A stretch of DNA of 32,000 bases from Buchnera aphidicola str. APS (Acyrthosiphon pisum) (GTDB lineage Bacteria; Pseudomonadota; Gammaproteobacteria; Enterobacterales; Enterobacteriaceae). Location of the stretch: assembly GCF_000009605.1 (NCBI RefSeq), contig NC_002528.1:240001-272000 (forward strand), given 5' to 3'. Under the pieces are notes generated by a model. The model was given only the letters and a program-made list of their open reading frames with translations, had not been told where the DNA came from and made no database searches. Both the position numbers and the translations under genes were made by a program. Shown one piece after another: positions 20,969-29,681 of the stretch (positions within the stretch are counted from its first letter, which is position 1; the number at the start of each line of letters is the position of its first letter).

Positions 20969-22822
20969 ATGTTAATAAAAAATTTTTTTATAGCTTTTTT
21001 GATGTTTTTTAGTATTTTAGTTCATGCGGAAAATAAATTTATTGTAAAGGATATTCAGTTCAAAGGATTAAAAAATTTTTCGCAAAATGAAGCATTAAAA
21101 AACATTCCTTTTAGGATTGGAAGTACAATATCTCAATATGATGTAAAAAATAGTATCAAATCTTTGTTTAAAACGGGAAAATTTGAAGATATTAAAGTGT
21201 CATTTTTAGGAAAAACTATTGTCTTTAATATTAGAGAAAGACCGATTATTTCTAACGTCATTGTTTCTGGTAACCATATTATTGCCAGTTCTGTTTTAGA
21301 TCCGTATCTAAAAAAATTAAATATTGAAACAGGAAAATCATTTAATAATTTTTTTACTAATGTATTAACTAAAACGATAAAAGATTTCTATCTTGATATT
21401 GGGAGATGCAAACCCGATATAAAAATATTAAAAATTTTTTCTAAAAACAACAGTGTTAGTATAAAAATACTCATTAATGAAGGAACAGAAATAAAAATTA
21501 ATAGTATTAAAATACTCGGCGTTCAAGCCTTTTCTAAAGAAAAAATTCTTTCATTATTCAAATTGCAAGATTATCATTCTTGGTGGAATTTATTAAGTAA
21601 ATCTACTTATTCTCCAAAAGAATTAAATAATGATTTAGAACATTTAAAAAATTTTTATTTGAGTAATGGGTATTATTATTTTAATGTAAACACTAAAAAA
21701 GTAGATTTTTTGCAAGATAAAAAACAGGTGGATATCACAATAGGTGTTTCTGAAGGAAAGAAATACAAAATTTCCAATTTTTTTGTCAATGGAAATTTAT
21801 TCCCATATCAAAAATTAATTACAAATTTAATTAATATTAATCCTAATGAATTTTATAATCGAGACAAAATTGATATTATAGTAAATAAAATAACAAGATT
21901 TTTATCTGAATATGGATATGTTAATACTAAAGTTATAGTTGACCCGCAAATTGATCATAAAAAGAAAACAATAGCCTTAAATTTTAATATTGATATGAAA
22001 AAACGTTATTTTGTAAAAAGAATTTATTTTACAGGGAATGAAATAACTCAAGATAGAGTTTTACGTCGTAAAATTAAACAAATGGAAGGTAAATATTTTA
22101 ATACAAAATTAGTAGAATTAGGTAAAAAACTATTAGAAAAAACAAAATATTTTAGTGATGTAAAAATCATTCAAAAATTAAATTCTTATGATTCTAATCA
22201 AATTGATATTACCTATCAAGTTAAAGAACAGACTACTGGTTCTATAAATTTTGGTTTAGGATATGGAGTAGATAGTGGTACCAGTTTTAATCTTGCTTTT
22301 TCTCAAGATAATATATTTGGTTCTGGAAATTCTTTAAAAGTCGATATTATTAAAAATGATTATCAAAAATACCTTGATATATCAACAAGTTATCCATATT
22401 TTTTTTATAATAATGCAGATTTAAATGCCAGATTTTTTTACAATGATTTTAAATATAATTTTGACAATATTTCGAATATTATAAAAAATACATATGGTTT
22501 TGAAGGTAATTTGGGATTTTTAATTAATAATTATAATAAGGTAAATTTTGGATTTGGATATACACATAATAGTATTAATAATGAAGAGAAAAAAATACAT
22601 GGTAAGTTTACAGGTGAATTAAATATAAATAAATTGTATTATTTTGTAGGTGTAGACGATACTCGTTTTAAAAAAATCGCAATACCAGGTGATCAAATAT
22701 TTATAAAAGTAACTATTTTAAAATCTAATAAAAATATTTTAATTTTTAAAAATATAGCTGTAGTAAATAATGATATTATTTGTAAATCTAAAATTGTTTT
22801 TGCTAAAAAATACTTATTTTAA
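20969..22822 (+). CDS. bamA: outer membrane protein assembly factor BamA, C-terminally truncated (617 aa)
   Basis: Signal peptide MLIKNFFIAFLMFFSILVHA, POTRA region, barrel entry GSINFGLGYGVDSGTSFNLAFSQDNIFGSGNSLKVDIIKNDYQKYLDISTSYPYFF matching Omp85/BamA; then ends ...KSKIVFAKKYLF*. Confidence 0.93.
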   Translation: MLIKNFFIAFLMFFSILVHAENKFIVKDIQFKGLKNFSQNEALKNIPFRIGSTISQYDVKNSIKSLFKTGKFEDIKVSFLGKTIVFNIRERPIISNVIVSGNHIIASSVLDPYLKKLNIETGKSFNNFFTNVLTKTIKDFYLDIGRCKPDIKILKIFSKNNSVSIKILINEGTEIKINSIKILGVQAFSKEKILSLFKLQDYHSWWNLLSKSTYSPKELNNDLEHLKNFYLSNGYYYFNVNTKKVDFLQDKKQVDITIGVSEGKKYKISNFFVNGNLFPYQKLITNLININPNEFYNRDKIDIIVNKITRFLSEYGYVNTKVIVDPQIDHKKKTIALNFNIDMKKRYFVKRIYFTGNEITQDRVLRRKIKQMEGKYFNTKLVELGKKLLEKTKYFSDVKIIQKLNSYDSNQIDITYQVKEQTTGSINFGLGYGVDSGTSFNLAFSQDNIFGSGNSLKVDIIKNDYQKYLDISTSYPYFFYNNADLNARFFYNDFKYNFDNISNIIKNTYGFEGNLGFLINNYNKVNFGFGYTHNSINNEEKKIHGKFTGELNINKLYYFVGVDDTRFKKIAIPGDQIFIKVTILKSNKNILIFKNIAVVNNDIICKSKIVFAKKYLF

Positions 22823-22858
22823 AAACATATATTTACATATAAATTTCCGGAAAAATAT

Positions 22859-25800
22859 ATGAATGAACCAAAATTTATTCATCTTCATGTACATAGTGAT
22901 TACTCAATGATTGATGGATTATCAAAACCTGAAGATTTAGTTAAAAAAGCAGCATCTTTAAATATGCCGGCTATAGCTATAACTGATTACAATAATTTAT
23001 ATGGTGTAATTAAATTTTATAATATGGCTCATAAACTAGGTTTAAAACCTATTATTGGTATTACAGTAAATTTTTTTTCTGATTTGATAAATAATCAATT
23101 AACAAAATTAACTTTATTAGCCTCCACTCAGGAAGGATATAAAAATTTAATTTTATTAATTTCTCGTGCATATCAAAAGGGATATGTTCATAATAATCAT
23201 GTTACTATTGAAAAAAAATGGTTTTCAGAAATTAACAAAGGATTAATATTACTTTCTGGTGGCCCTCAGGGTGAACTTGGAAAAGTTTTGCTTAATGGTC
23301 AATCATCATTGATATCTATTTGTTTGTCATTTTATCAAAAGTATTTTCCGGATTCTTACTATTTAGAATTATTTCGTACAAACCGAGATAATGAAGAGAC
23401 ATATTTACATTTAGCTGTAGATTTATCTTTATCTACAGGAGTTCCTATTGTTGCTACTAATGATGTTTGTTTTTTAAGTCAAGAAGATTTTAAAATTCAT
23501 AAAATTAGAATTGCTATCAATGAAGGTGAAATATTACAACATTCTAAAATTCAAAATAATTATAGCAACCAGCAATTTTTAAAAACTACGGAAGAAATGT
23601 CTGATCTTTTTTCAGATATTCCAGAAGCACTTATAAATAGTGTAGAAATTGCAAAACGCTGCAATGTATTTATACATTCCGGAAAATATTTTTTACCTCA
23701 GTTTCGAACTGGAAAAATAAGTGTTGAAAAATATTTAATTAAAGAAGCTTATAAAGGTATAAAAAAAAGATTAAACTCAAGATATCTAGATATTGAAAAA
23801 TATAAAGATATTTACAGTCAGTATATCAACCGTTTAGATATGGAATTAACTGTAATTAACAAAATGGGTTTTCCTGGATATTTTTTAATTGTTATGGAAT
23901 TTATACAATGGGCAAAAGATAATAATATACCAGTAGGACCAGGACGAGGTTCTGGTGCAGGTTCTCTTGTAGCATATGCTTTAAATATCACAGAAGTAGA
24001 TCCATTATCTTTTAATCTTTTATTTGAAAGGTTTTTAAATCCAGAACGTATTTCTATGCCTGATTTTGATATTGATTTTTGTATGGAAAAACGTGATCAA
24101 GTAATTGATCATGTTTCAGAGATATATGGTAAAAATGCAGTAGCACAAATTATTACCTTTGGAACATTAACTGCAAAAGCTGTTATTAGAGATGTAGGTC
24201 GAGTTTTAGGATATCCATATGGATTTATTAATAAACTATCTAAGTTAGTACCTTTAGATCCCGGGATAACTTTAAAAGAAGCTTTTTCCAAGGAATCTGA
24301 ATTATTCAATTTATATAAAAATAATGAAGATGTTAAAAATTTAATTGATATTGCTAAAAAATTAGAGGGTACAAATAGAAATATTGGCAAACACGCAGGG
24401 GGAGTGGTTATTTCACCTACTAAAATTACTGATTTTTGTCCATTATACTGTGATGAAAAGGGAAATAATCCAGTAACTCAATTTGATAAAAATGATATAG
24501 AATATATAGGATTAGTAAAATTTGATTTTCTTGGTTTACGCACACTAACTATTATTAGCTATGCGGTAGAAATGATTAATACAAAATTAAATCTGAATAA
24601 AAAAAGAACAATAAATATTAATTCAATTCCTCTTGATGACGCTAAATGTTTTAAATTATTAAAAAATTCTGAAACTACTGGTGTGTTTCAATTAGAATCT
24701 TATGGGATGAAAGATTTAATTAAAAGATTACAACCTGATTGTTTTGAAGACATGATCGCTTTGGTTGCACTTTTTAGACCAGGTCCTCTACAATCTGGAA
24801 TGGTCGATAATTTTATTAATCGAAAACATGGACGTGAGAACATTTCATATCCCGATCATAAATGGCAACATATATTATTAAAACCTATATTAGAATCAAC
24901 ATATGGAATTATATTATACCAAGAACAAGTAATGGAAATAGCTCAAGTTTTGTCAGGTTATACATTAGGTAGTGCAGACATTTTAAGACGAGCTATGAGC
25001 AAGAAAAATTTAAAAGATATGTCAGAACAACGTGCTATATTTGAAGAAGGAGCCTCAAATAATGGTATCGATAAAAAATTATCTATAAAAATTTTTGATT
25101 TACTAGAAAAATTTGCAGGATATGGATTTAATAAATCTCATTCTGTAGCTTATGCTCTAGTTTCCTATCAAACTTTATGGTTGAAATCACATTATCCTGC
25201 GGAATTTATAGCTGCAGCTATGACATCTGATATAGATAATACAGAAAAAATTGTTATTTTAATTAATGAATCTCTAAATATGGGGGTAAAAATTATCCCT
25301 CCAAACATTAATTTAAGTAAATATGAATTTTATGTAAATGATCAAGGTGATATAGTTTATGGTCTTGGTGCTATCAAGGGTATAGGCAAAAATTCAGTGC
25401 AAGTTCTTATTAAAGAACGTGAAGAAAATAAATTTTTTCATGACTTATTTGATCTTTGTATGCGAATTGATTCTCAAAAGATAACCCGTAGAGTTTTAGA
25501 AAAATTAATTATGTCTGGTAGTTGTGATTGTTTTGATAAAAATAGAAATTATTTACTTCAATCAATTGATGATGCTATAAATGCGTCAAAAGAATCTTTT
25601 AGAATAAAGTCTTTTAAACAAGATAGTCTTTTTGGTATTTTTCAAAATGAGTTAAATCAAGTAAAAAAAAATAATCTTGTTAATTTAGTCTGCCCTGAAA
25701 AAAATAAATTACAAAACGAATATCAAGTATTGGGATTTTATCTTACAGGACATCCTATCAATCAATATAAGAAAGAATTAGAATGTTATGTAAATGGTGT

Positions 25801-26344
25801 AAAATTATCACAGTTAAAATTCATCAAAAGAAACAAGAAAATTTTAGTAGCAGGAATAATTGTTTCTATCAAAATAAAAATAACAAAAAATAAGAATCGT
25901 ATAGCTATTTTGGTATTGGACGATAATACTAGCCGTTTAGAAGTTGTGATTTTTACAGAATTATTAAATGCATATGAGTCTCTTGTAAAATTAAACAAAC
26001 TATTGTTTGTTCACGGTATGTTAAATGTCAGTTTCATTGATAAAAATATTAAAATGACGGCCTATGCACTTATAGATTTAAGTGTTTTGAGAAAAAAATA
26101 CATAAATAAACTAATAATTATATTAAATAAAGAGAAAACAAACATATTTTTTTTAAATAATTTATACGAATGTTTAGATAAACAATCTAAAGGTAATATT
26201 CCTGTTTTTATTTTTTTCGATAATAAAGAAGTATGTTTAAATAAAAAATTAAATAAAAAATGGTTTGTTGTAATTACTGATGATTTTTTAAATAAATTAA
26301 AATTTTTAGTAGGATCTAAAAACATAGAATTAAAATTTAATTAA
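22859..26344 (+). CDS. dnaE: DNA polymerase III alpha subunit
   Basis: 1161 aa; PHP domain, GPGRGSGAGSLVAYAL, MPDFDIDFCMEKRDQVI, FAGYGFNKSHSVAYALVSYQ, clamp-binding-like QDSLFG. Confidence 0.98.
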   Translation: MNEPKFIHLHVHSDYSMIDGLSKPEDLVKKAASLNMPAIAITDYNNLYGVIKFYNMAHKLGLKPIIGITVNFFSDLINNQLTKLTLLASTQEGYKNLILLISRAYQKGYVHNNHVTIEKKWFSEINKGLILLSGGPQGELGKVLLNGQSSLISICLSFYQKYFPDSYYLELFRTNRDNEETYLHLAVDLSLSTGVPIVATNDVCFLSQEDFKIHKIRIAINEGEILQHSKIQNNYSNQQFLKTTEEMSDLFSDIPEALINSVEIAKRCNVFIHSGKYFLPQFRTGKISVEKYLIKEAYKGIKKRLNSRYLDIEKYKDIYSQYINRLDMELTVINKMGFPGYFLIVMEFIQWAKDNNIPVGPGRGSGAGSLVAYALNITEVDPLSFNLLFERFLNPERISMPDFDIDFCMEKRDQVIDHVSEIYGKNAVAQIITFGTLTAKAVIRDVGRVLGYPYGFINKLSKLVPLDPGITLKEAFSKESELFNLYKNNEDVKNLIDIAKKLEGTNRNIGKHAGGVVISPTKITDFCPLYCDEKGNNPVTQFDKNDIEYIGLVKFDFLGLRTLTIISYAVEMINTKLNLNKKRTININSIPLDDAKCFKLLKNSETTGVFQLESYGMKDLIKRLQPDCFEDMIALVALFRPGPLQSGMVDNFINRKHGRENISYPDHKWQHILLKPILESTYGIILYQEQVMEIAQVLSGYTLGSADILRRAMSKKNLKDMSEQRAIFEEGASNNGIDKKLSIKIFDLLEKFAGYGFNKSHSVAYALVSYQTLWLKSHYPAEFIAAAMTSDIDNTEKIVILINESLNMGVKIIPPNINLSKYEFYVNDQGDIVYGLGAIKGIGKNSVQVLIKEREENKFFHDLFDLCMRIDSQKITRRVLEKLIMSGSCDCFDKNRNYLLQSIDDAINASKESFRIKSFKQDSLFGIFQNELNQVKKNNLVNLVCPEKNKLQNEYQVLGFYLTGHPINQYKKELECYVNGVKLSQLKFIKRNKKILVAGIIVSIKIKITKNKNRIAILVLDDNTSRLEVVIFTELLNAYESLVKLNKLLFVHGMLNVSFIDKNIKMTAYALIDLSVLRKKYINKLIIILNKEKTNIFFLNNLYECLDKQSKGNIPVFIFFDNKEVCLNKKLNKKWFVVITDDFLNKLKFLVGSKNIELKFN

Positions 26345-26378
26345 TAAAAAATTTTTGATATTATAAAATAAAATTTTA

Positions 26379-26403
26379 ATCAAATTTTTTAAAAAAATTT
26401 GAT
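26379..26403. terminator. AT-only perfect palindrome, possible bidirectional terminator between convergent dnaE and proS
   Basis: ATCAAATTTTTT-A-AAAAAATTTGAT: 12-nt arms around one central base, in the 127-bp convergent intergenic region. Confidence 0.4.
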
Positions 26404-26471
26404 CAATAATATTGTCAAGTAGAAATACGGTTTTTAACTAGTTATTTTTTAGATTCAATAGTTTTGCACCT

Positions 26472-28190
26472 TTACTTTTTAAGTTTTTGGATAATAAAAT
26501 TTTTTATATCTTTTATATTAATTAAAATATTTTCCTTATTTTTTCTTTCGCGATATTCAACATTATCGTAGTTAATTGAACGTTTGCTTATAATAATTTG
26601 ATGTGGAATACCAATTAAATCGACTTCATTAAACATAACTCCCGGTCTTTCATCTCTATCGTCTAATATAACGTCTATACCAGTTTTTTTAAACTTTTTA
26701 TATAAAAAGTGTGCTATTATTTTGATTTTATTATCTTTTTTCATATTTATAGGTAAAATAACTACTTCAAAAGGTGCGATAGAATCTGGCCAAATAATAC
26801 CATTTTTATCGTGATGTTGTTCGATAACAGCAGCTGCGATGCGCGTTATGCCTATTCCATAACATCCCATATATAGATTTTTTAGATTACCATTTTTTAT
26901 CTTTACAGACTGTTGTATTTTTCTAGAATATTTTTGTCCAAGTTGAAATATATGACCAATTTCAATGCTTTGTTTTATATTTAAATATCCTGAACCATTA
27001 GGACTCAAATCATTTTTTGTTACTTTTCTAATATCTTTAAATATAGGCATCGGCAAATCAATATTCCAATTTACGTTGATAAAAAAATGTTTATTAATAT
27101 TTGAACCAATAGTAAAATTTTTCATATTAAAAGTAGAAATATCAGCAATAATGGGAACTTTTAATCCCAAAGGTCCTAAGAATTCTTTTTTTACTCCAAT
27201 TAGTGAAATGACTTCTTTTTCATTAAGAAATACTAAAGGTTTATTAATTATATCAATTTTTTCTACTTTAAAAAAATTCAATTCATGATCTCCTCGTATT
27301 AATAATGCAGCTATTGAAGTAATATCATTTATTTTGGTTTGAATTAAAAAAGTTTGAATTTGATTAATTAATGGTGTGTTTAATTTTTCAGACATTATTA
27401 TAGATTTTTTGGTGTTTGTTTTATTTTTAATCAAACAGGATGAATATTTTTTTTTAAAAAAATCAATTGTTTCTATAGATTCAGCCATATTCATGTTTGA
27501 AGAATATAACTTATCATTAGAAAACACTATTTCATCTTCTCCATTTTGAGAGAAAGCTTGAAATTCATGTGAAATATTGCCTCCCATAGAACCTGAATCA
27601 GCTTTTACTGCACAAAAATTTAAATTCATTTTTTTAAATATATTTATATAACTATCATAAAATTTATTATAAGTATTTTCTAAACAGCTTTGATTAATAT
27701 GAAAAGAATAAGCATCTTTCATAGTAAATTCACGTGTTCTAATAATTCCAAAACGCGGTCGTATTTCATCTCTAAATTTTGTTTGTATTTGATATACAGT
27801 TAAGGGAAGTTGTTTATATGAATGAATTTCAGAACCAATAAAATTAGTAACAACTTCTTCATTGGTGGGACCTAAAATAAATTGGTTTTTACGCCGATCA
27901 AGAAATCTTAATAGTTCTTCTCCATATAGATTTAAACGTCGGCTTTCTTTCCATAAATATTCAGGTTGTATAATAGGCATCAATATTTCTAATGCATTTA
28001 TTTTTTCCATTTCTGTCGTAATAATATTTTTTATTTTTTTTAGGACTCTCATTCCAGTTGGCAGCCAAACATATAAACCTGAAGATGTTTTTCTAATCAT
28101 ACCGCTTCTTATCATTAGTTGATGACTAATAATTTTTGCGTCGTAGGGTATGTCTTTTGAAGTTGATAATAAATATTGACTTGTAAGCAT
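26472..28190 (-). CDS. proS: prolyl-tRNA synthetase
   Basis: 572 aa; class II aaRS: SGLYVWLPTG, GPTNEEVVT, FRDEIRPRFGIIRTREFTMKDAYSF, GCYGIGITRI. Confidence 0.98.
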   Translation of the reverse strand: MLTSQYLLSTSKDIPYDAKIISHQLMIRSGMIRKTSSGLYVWLPTGMRVLKKIKNIITTEMEKINALEILMPIIQPEYLWKESRRLNLYGEELLRFLDRRKNQFILGPTNEEVVTNFIGSEIHSYKQLPLTVYQIQTKFRDEIRPRFGIIRTREFTMKDAYSFHINQSCLENTYNKFYDSYINIFKKMNLNFCAVKADSGSMGGNISHEFQAFSQNGEDEIVFSNDKLYSSNMNMAESIETIDFFKKKYSSCLIKNKTNTKKSIIMSEKLNTPLINQIQTFLIQTKINDITSIAALLIRGDHELNFFKVEKIDIINKPLVFLNEKEVISLIGVKKEFLGPLGLKVPIIADISTFNMKNFTIGSNINKHFFINVNWNIDLPMPIFKDIRKVTKNDLSPNGSGYLNIKQSIEIGHIFQLGQKYSRKIQQSVKIKNGNLKNLYMGCYGIGITRIAAAVIEQHHDKNGIIWPDSIAPFEVVILPINMKKDNKIKIIAHFLYKKFKKTGIDVILDDRDERPGVMFNEVDLIGIPHQIIISKRSINYDNVEYRERKNKENILINIKDIKNFIIQKLKK

Positions 28191-28529
28191 CTTTTAAACT
28201 CTCAAAAATAAAAATTTTTTTATTAAAAATAGAATTGTATGTTTAAAAAAATTTGTTTTTGCATAGTAAATTTAATTTTACTATATGATAAGATCTTTTC
28301 TTAAATAATTTATTTAAAGTTAATATATATCAAAAATATAAATATATAGAATTTTCAATTATCATAAAAATGATATTTTTTTAAAAAAATAAAGATCAAT
28401 ATATTATGTTAATATTTTTAAAAAATAGATCAAGTCTGGTTGTTTCTTTAGCAAAATTAACTTGTTTTTTTTTTAGTACAGAGGTTTAATGAATTTTTTA
28501 TGTATAAATAGTGGTTAAAAATATTTACA

Positions 28530-29681
28530 ATGAATCATAATACAAATGAAGAAAAAACAGAACATCCCACAGAGCATCGCATCAGAAAATTTCGTAAAAA
28601 AGGAAAAACAAGATATTCTAGGGAATTGAGTTCTTTATTTATTTTGTTAGTTGGTTTTATAAATTTATGGTGGTATAGAGATTTAATTGTTTTAAATTTT
28701 AGTAAAATAATGTCCGATAGTTTTCTTTTTGAAAGTAATGATTTTTTAAATAACAACAATAATTTATTAAAAATATTAATGTCTCTAAAAGAGATACTAT
28801 TTTCTTTTTTTCCATTTTTAATATCTTTATTAATTGTAATTATCATACCTCCTATACTTTTTAGTGGAATCAGTCTAAATTTCAGATCATTAACCTTAAA
28901 TTTTTCCAAGTTAAATCCATTTCATGGTTTTAAGAGACTTTTTTCTTTTCAAATAATAGTGGAATTTTTTAAGATAATACTAAAATTATTTATAGTGAGT
29001 ATTATATCTTTTTGGTATTTACAGTTTTCTTTTTCTGAAATTTTATTTTTAGTTAATGCAAATTATGTATCTTCATTATCACATGGATATAATATAATTT
29101 TTTCTTGTTGTTTTTTAGTTATACTAGGCTTATTTCCTATTGTTTTTTTTGATATAGCTTGGCAGCAATTTAACTACTATAAAAAATTAAAAATGACTCG
29201 TCAAGAAATGAGGGATGAATTAAAAGAAAAAGAAGGAAATCCAAATATAAAAATGCGGATTCGTCAAGCAATGAAAGCTGTTATGCGCAGAAGAATGATT
29301 ATCAATACTCCTAAAGCTGATGTAATTATCACTAATCCTATACATTATTCTGTTGCATTAAAATATGATGAAAAAAACATGAATGCACCTAAAGTTATAG
29401 CTAAAGGTATAGGAGAGGCTGCCATCAAAATACAAAATTTAGCTCTTAAACATAATATTTCTATTATCTCTGTACCATCATTAGCTCGTTCATTATACCG
29501 TTATTCCGAAATAGGACAGTATATTCCAGGTCCTCTTTATAAAGCTGTTGCAGAAGTTTTAGCATGGGTTTGGAAAGTGCGCAAATGGAAAAAAGAAGGA
29601 GGTATTTTCCCTGAAAAACCTATCAATATATCAGTCCCATCAGAATTAACGTTCACAGGAGAACATGAAACTAATGATTAA
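28530..29681 (+). CDS. flhB: flagellar export apparatus protein FlhB
   Basis: 383 aa; EKTEHPTEHRIRKFRKKGKTRYSRELSSL, four hydrophobic segments, VIITNPIHYSVALKYDEKNMNAPKVIAKG. Confidence 0.97.
   Translation: MNHNTNEEKTEHPTEHRIRKFRKKGKTRYSRELSSLFILLVGFINLWWYRDLIVLNFSKIMSDSFLFESNDFLNNNNNLLKILMSLKEILFSFFPFLISLLIVIIIPPILFSGISLNFRSLTLNFSKLNPFHGFKRLFSFQIIVEFFKIILKLFIVSIISFWYLQFSFSEILFLVNANYVSSLSHGYNIIFSCCFLVILGLFPIVFFDIAWQQFNYYKKLKMTRQEMRDELKEKEGNPNIKMRIRQAMKAVMRRRMIINTPKADVIITNPIHYSVALKYDEKNMNAPKVIAKGIGEAAIKIQNLALKHNISIISVPSLARSLYRYSEIGQYIPGPLYKAVAEVLAWVWKVRKWKKEGGIFPEKPINISVPSELTFTGEHETND

Noticed and set aside
25786-26325. Two - strand ORFs opposite the dnaE 3' end
   Set aside because: Phe/Leu-rich complements of Lys/Asn-rich coding sequence; no independent support.
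26965-28122. + strand ORFs inside proS (26965..27288, 27862..28122)
   Set aside because: Antisense to the proS frame, no motif.
28191-28529. Possible extra gene or tRNA in the 339-bp divergent proS-flhB gap
   Set aside because: No ORF, no tRNA-like T-loop or acceptor pairing found by eye; likely promoters and decayed sequence.
28535-28909. 124 aa - strand ORF opposite flhB, and 30540..30728 opposite flhA
   Set aside because: Antisense shadows; flhB/flhA frames are clearly the real ones.
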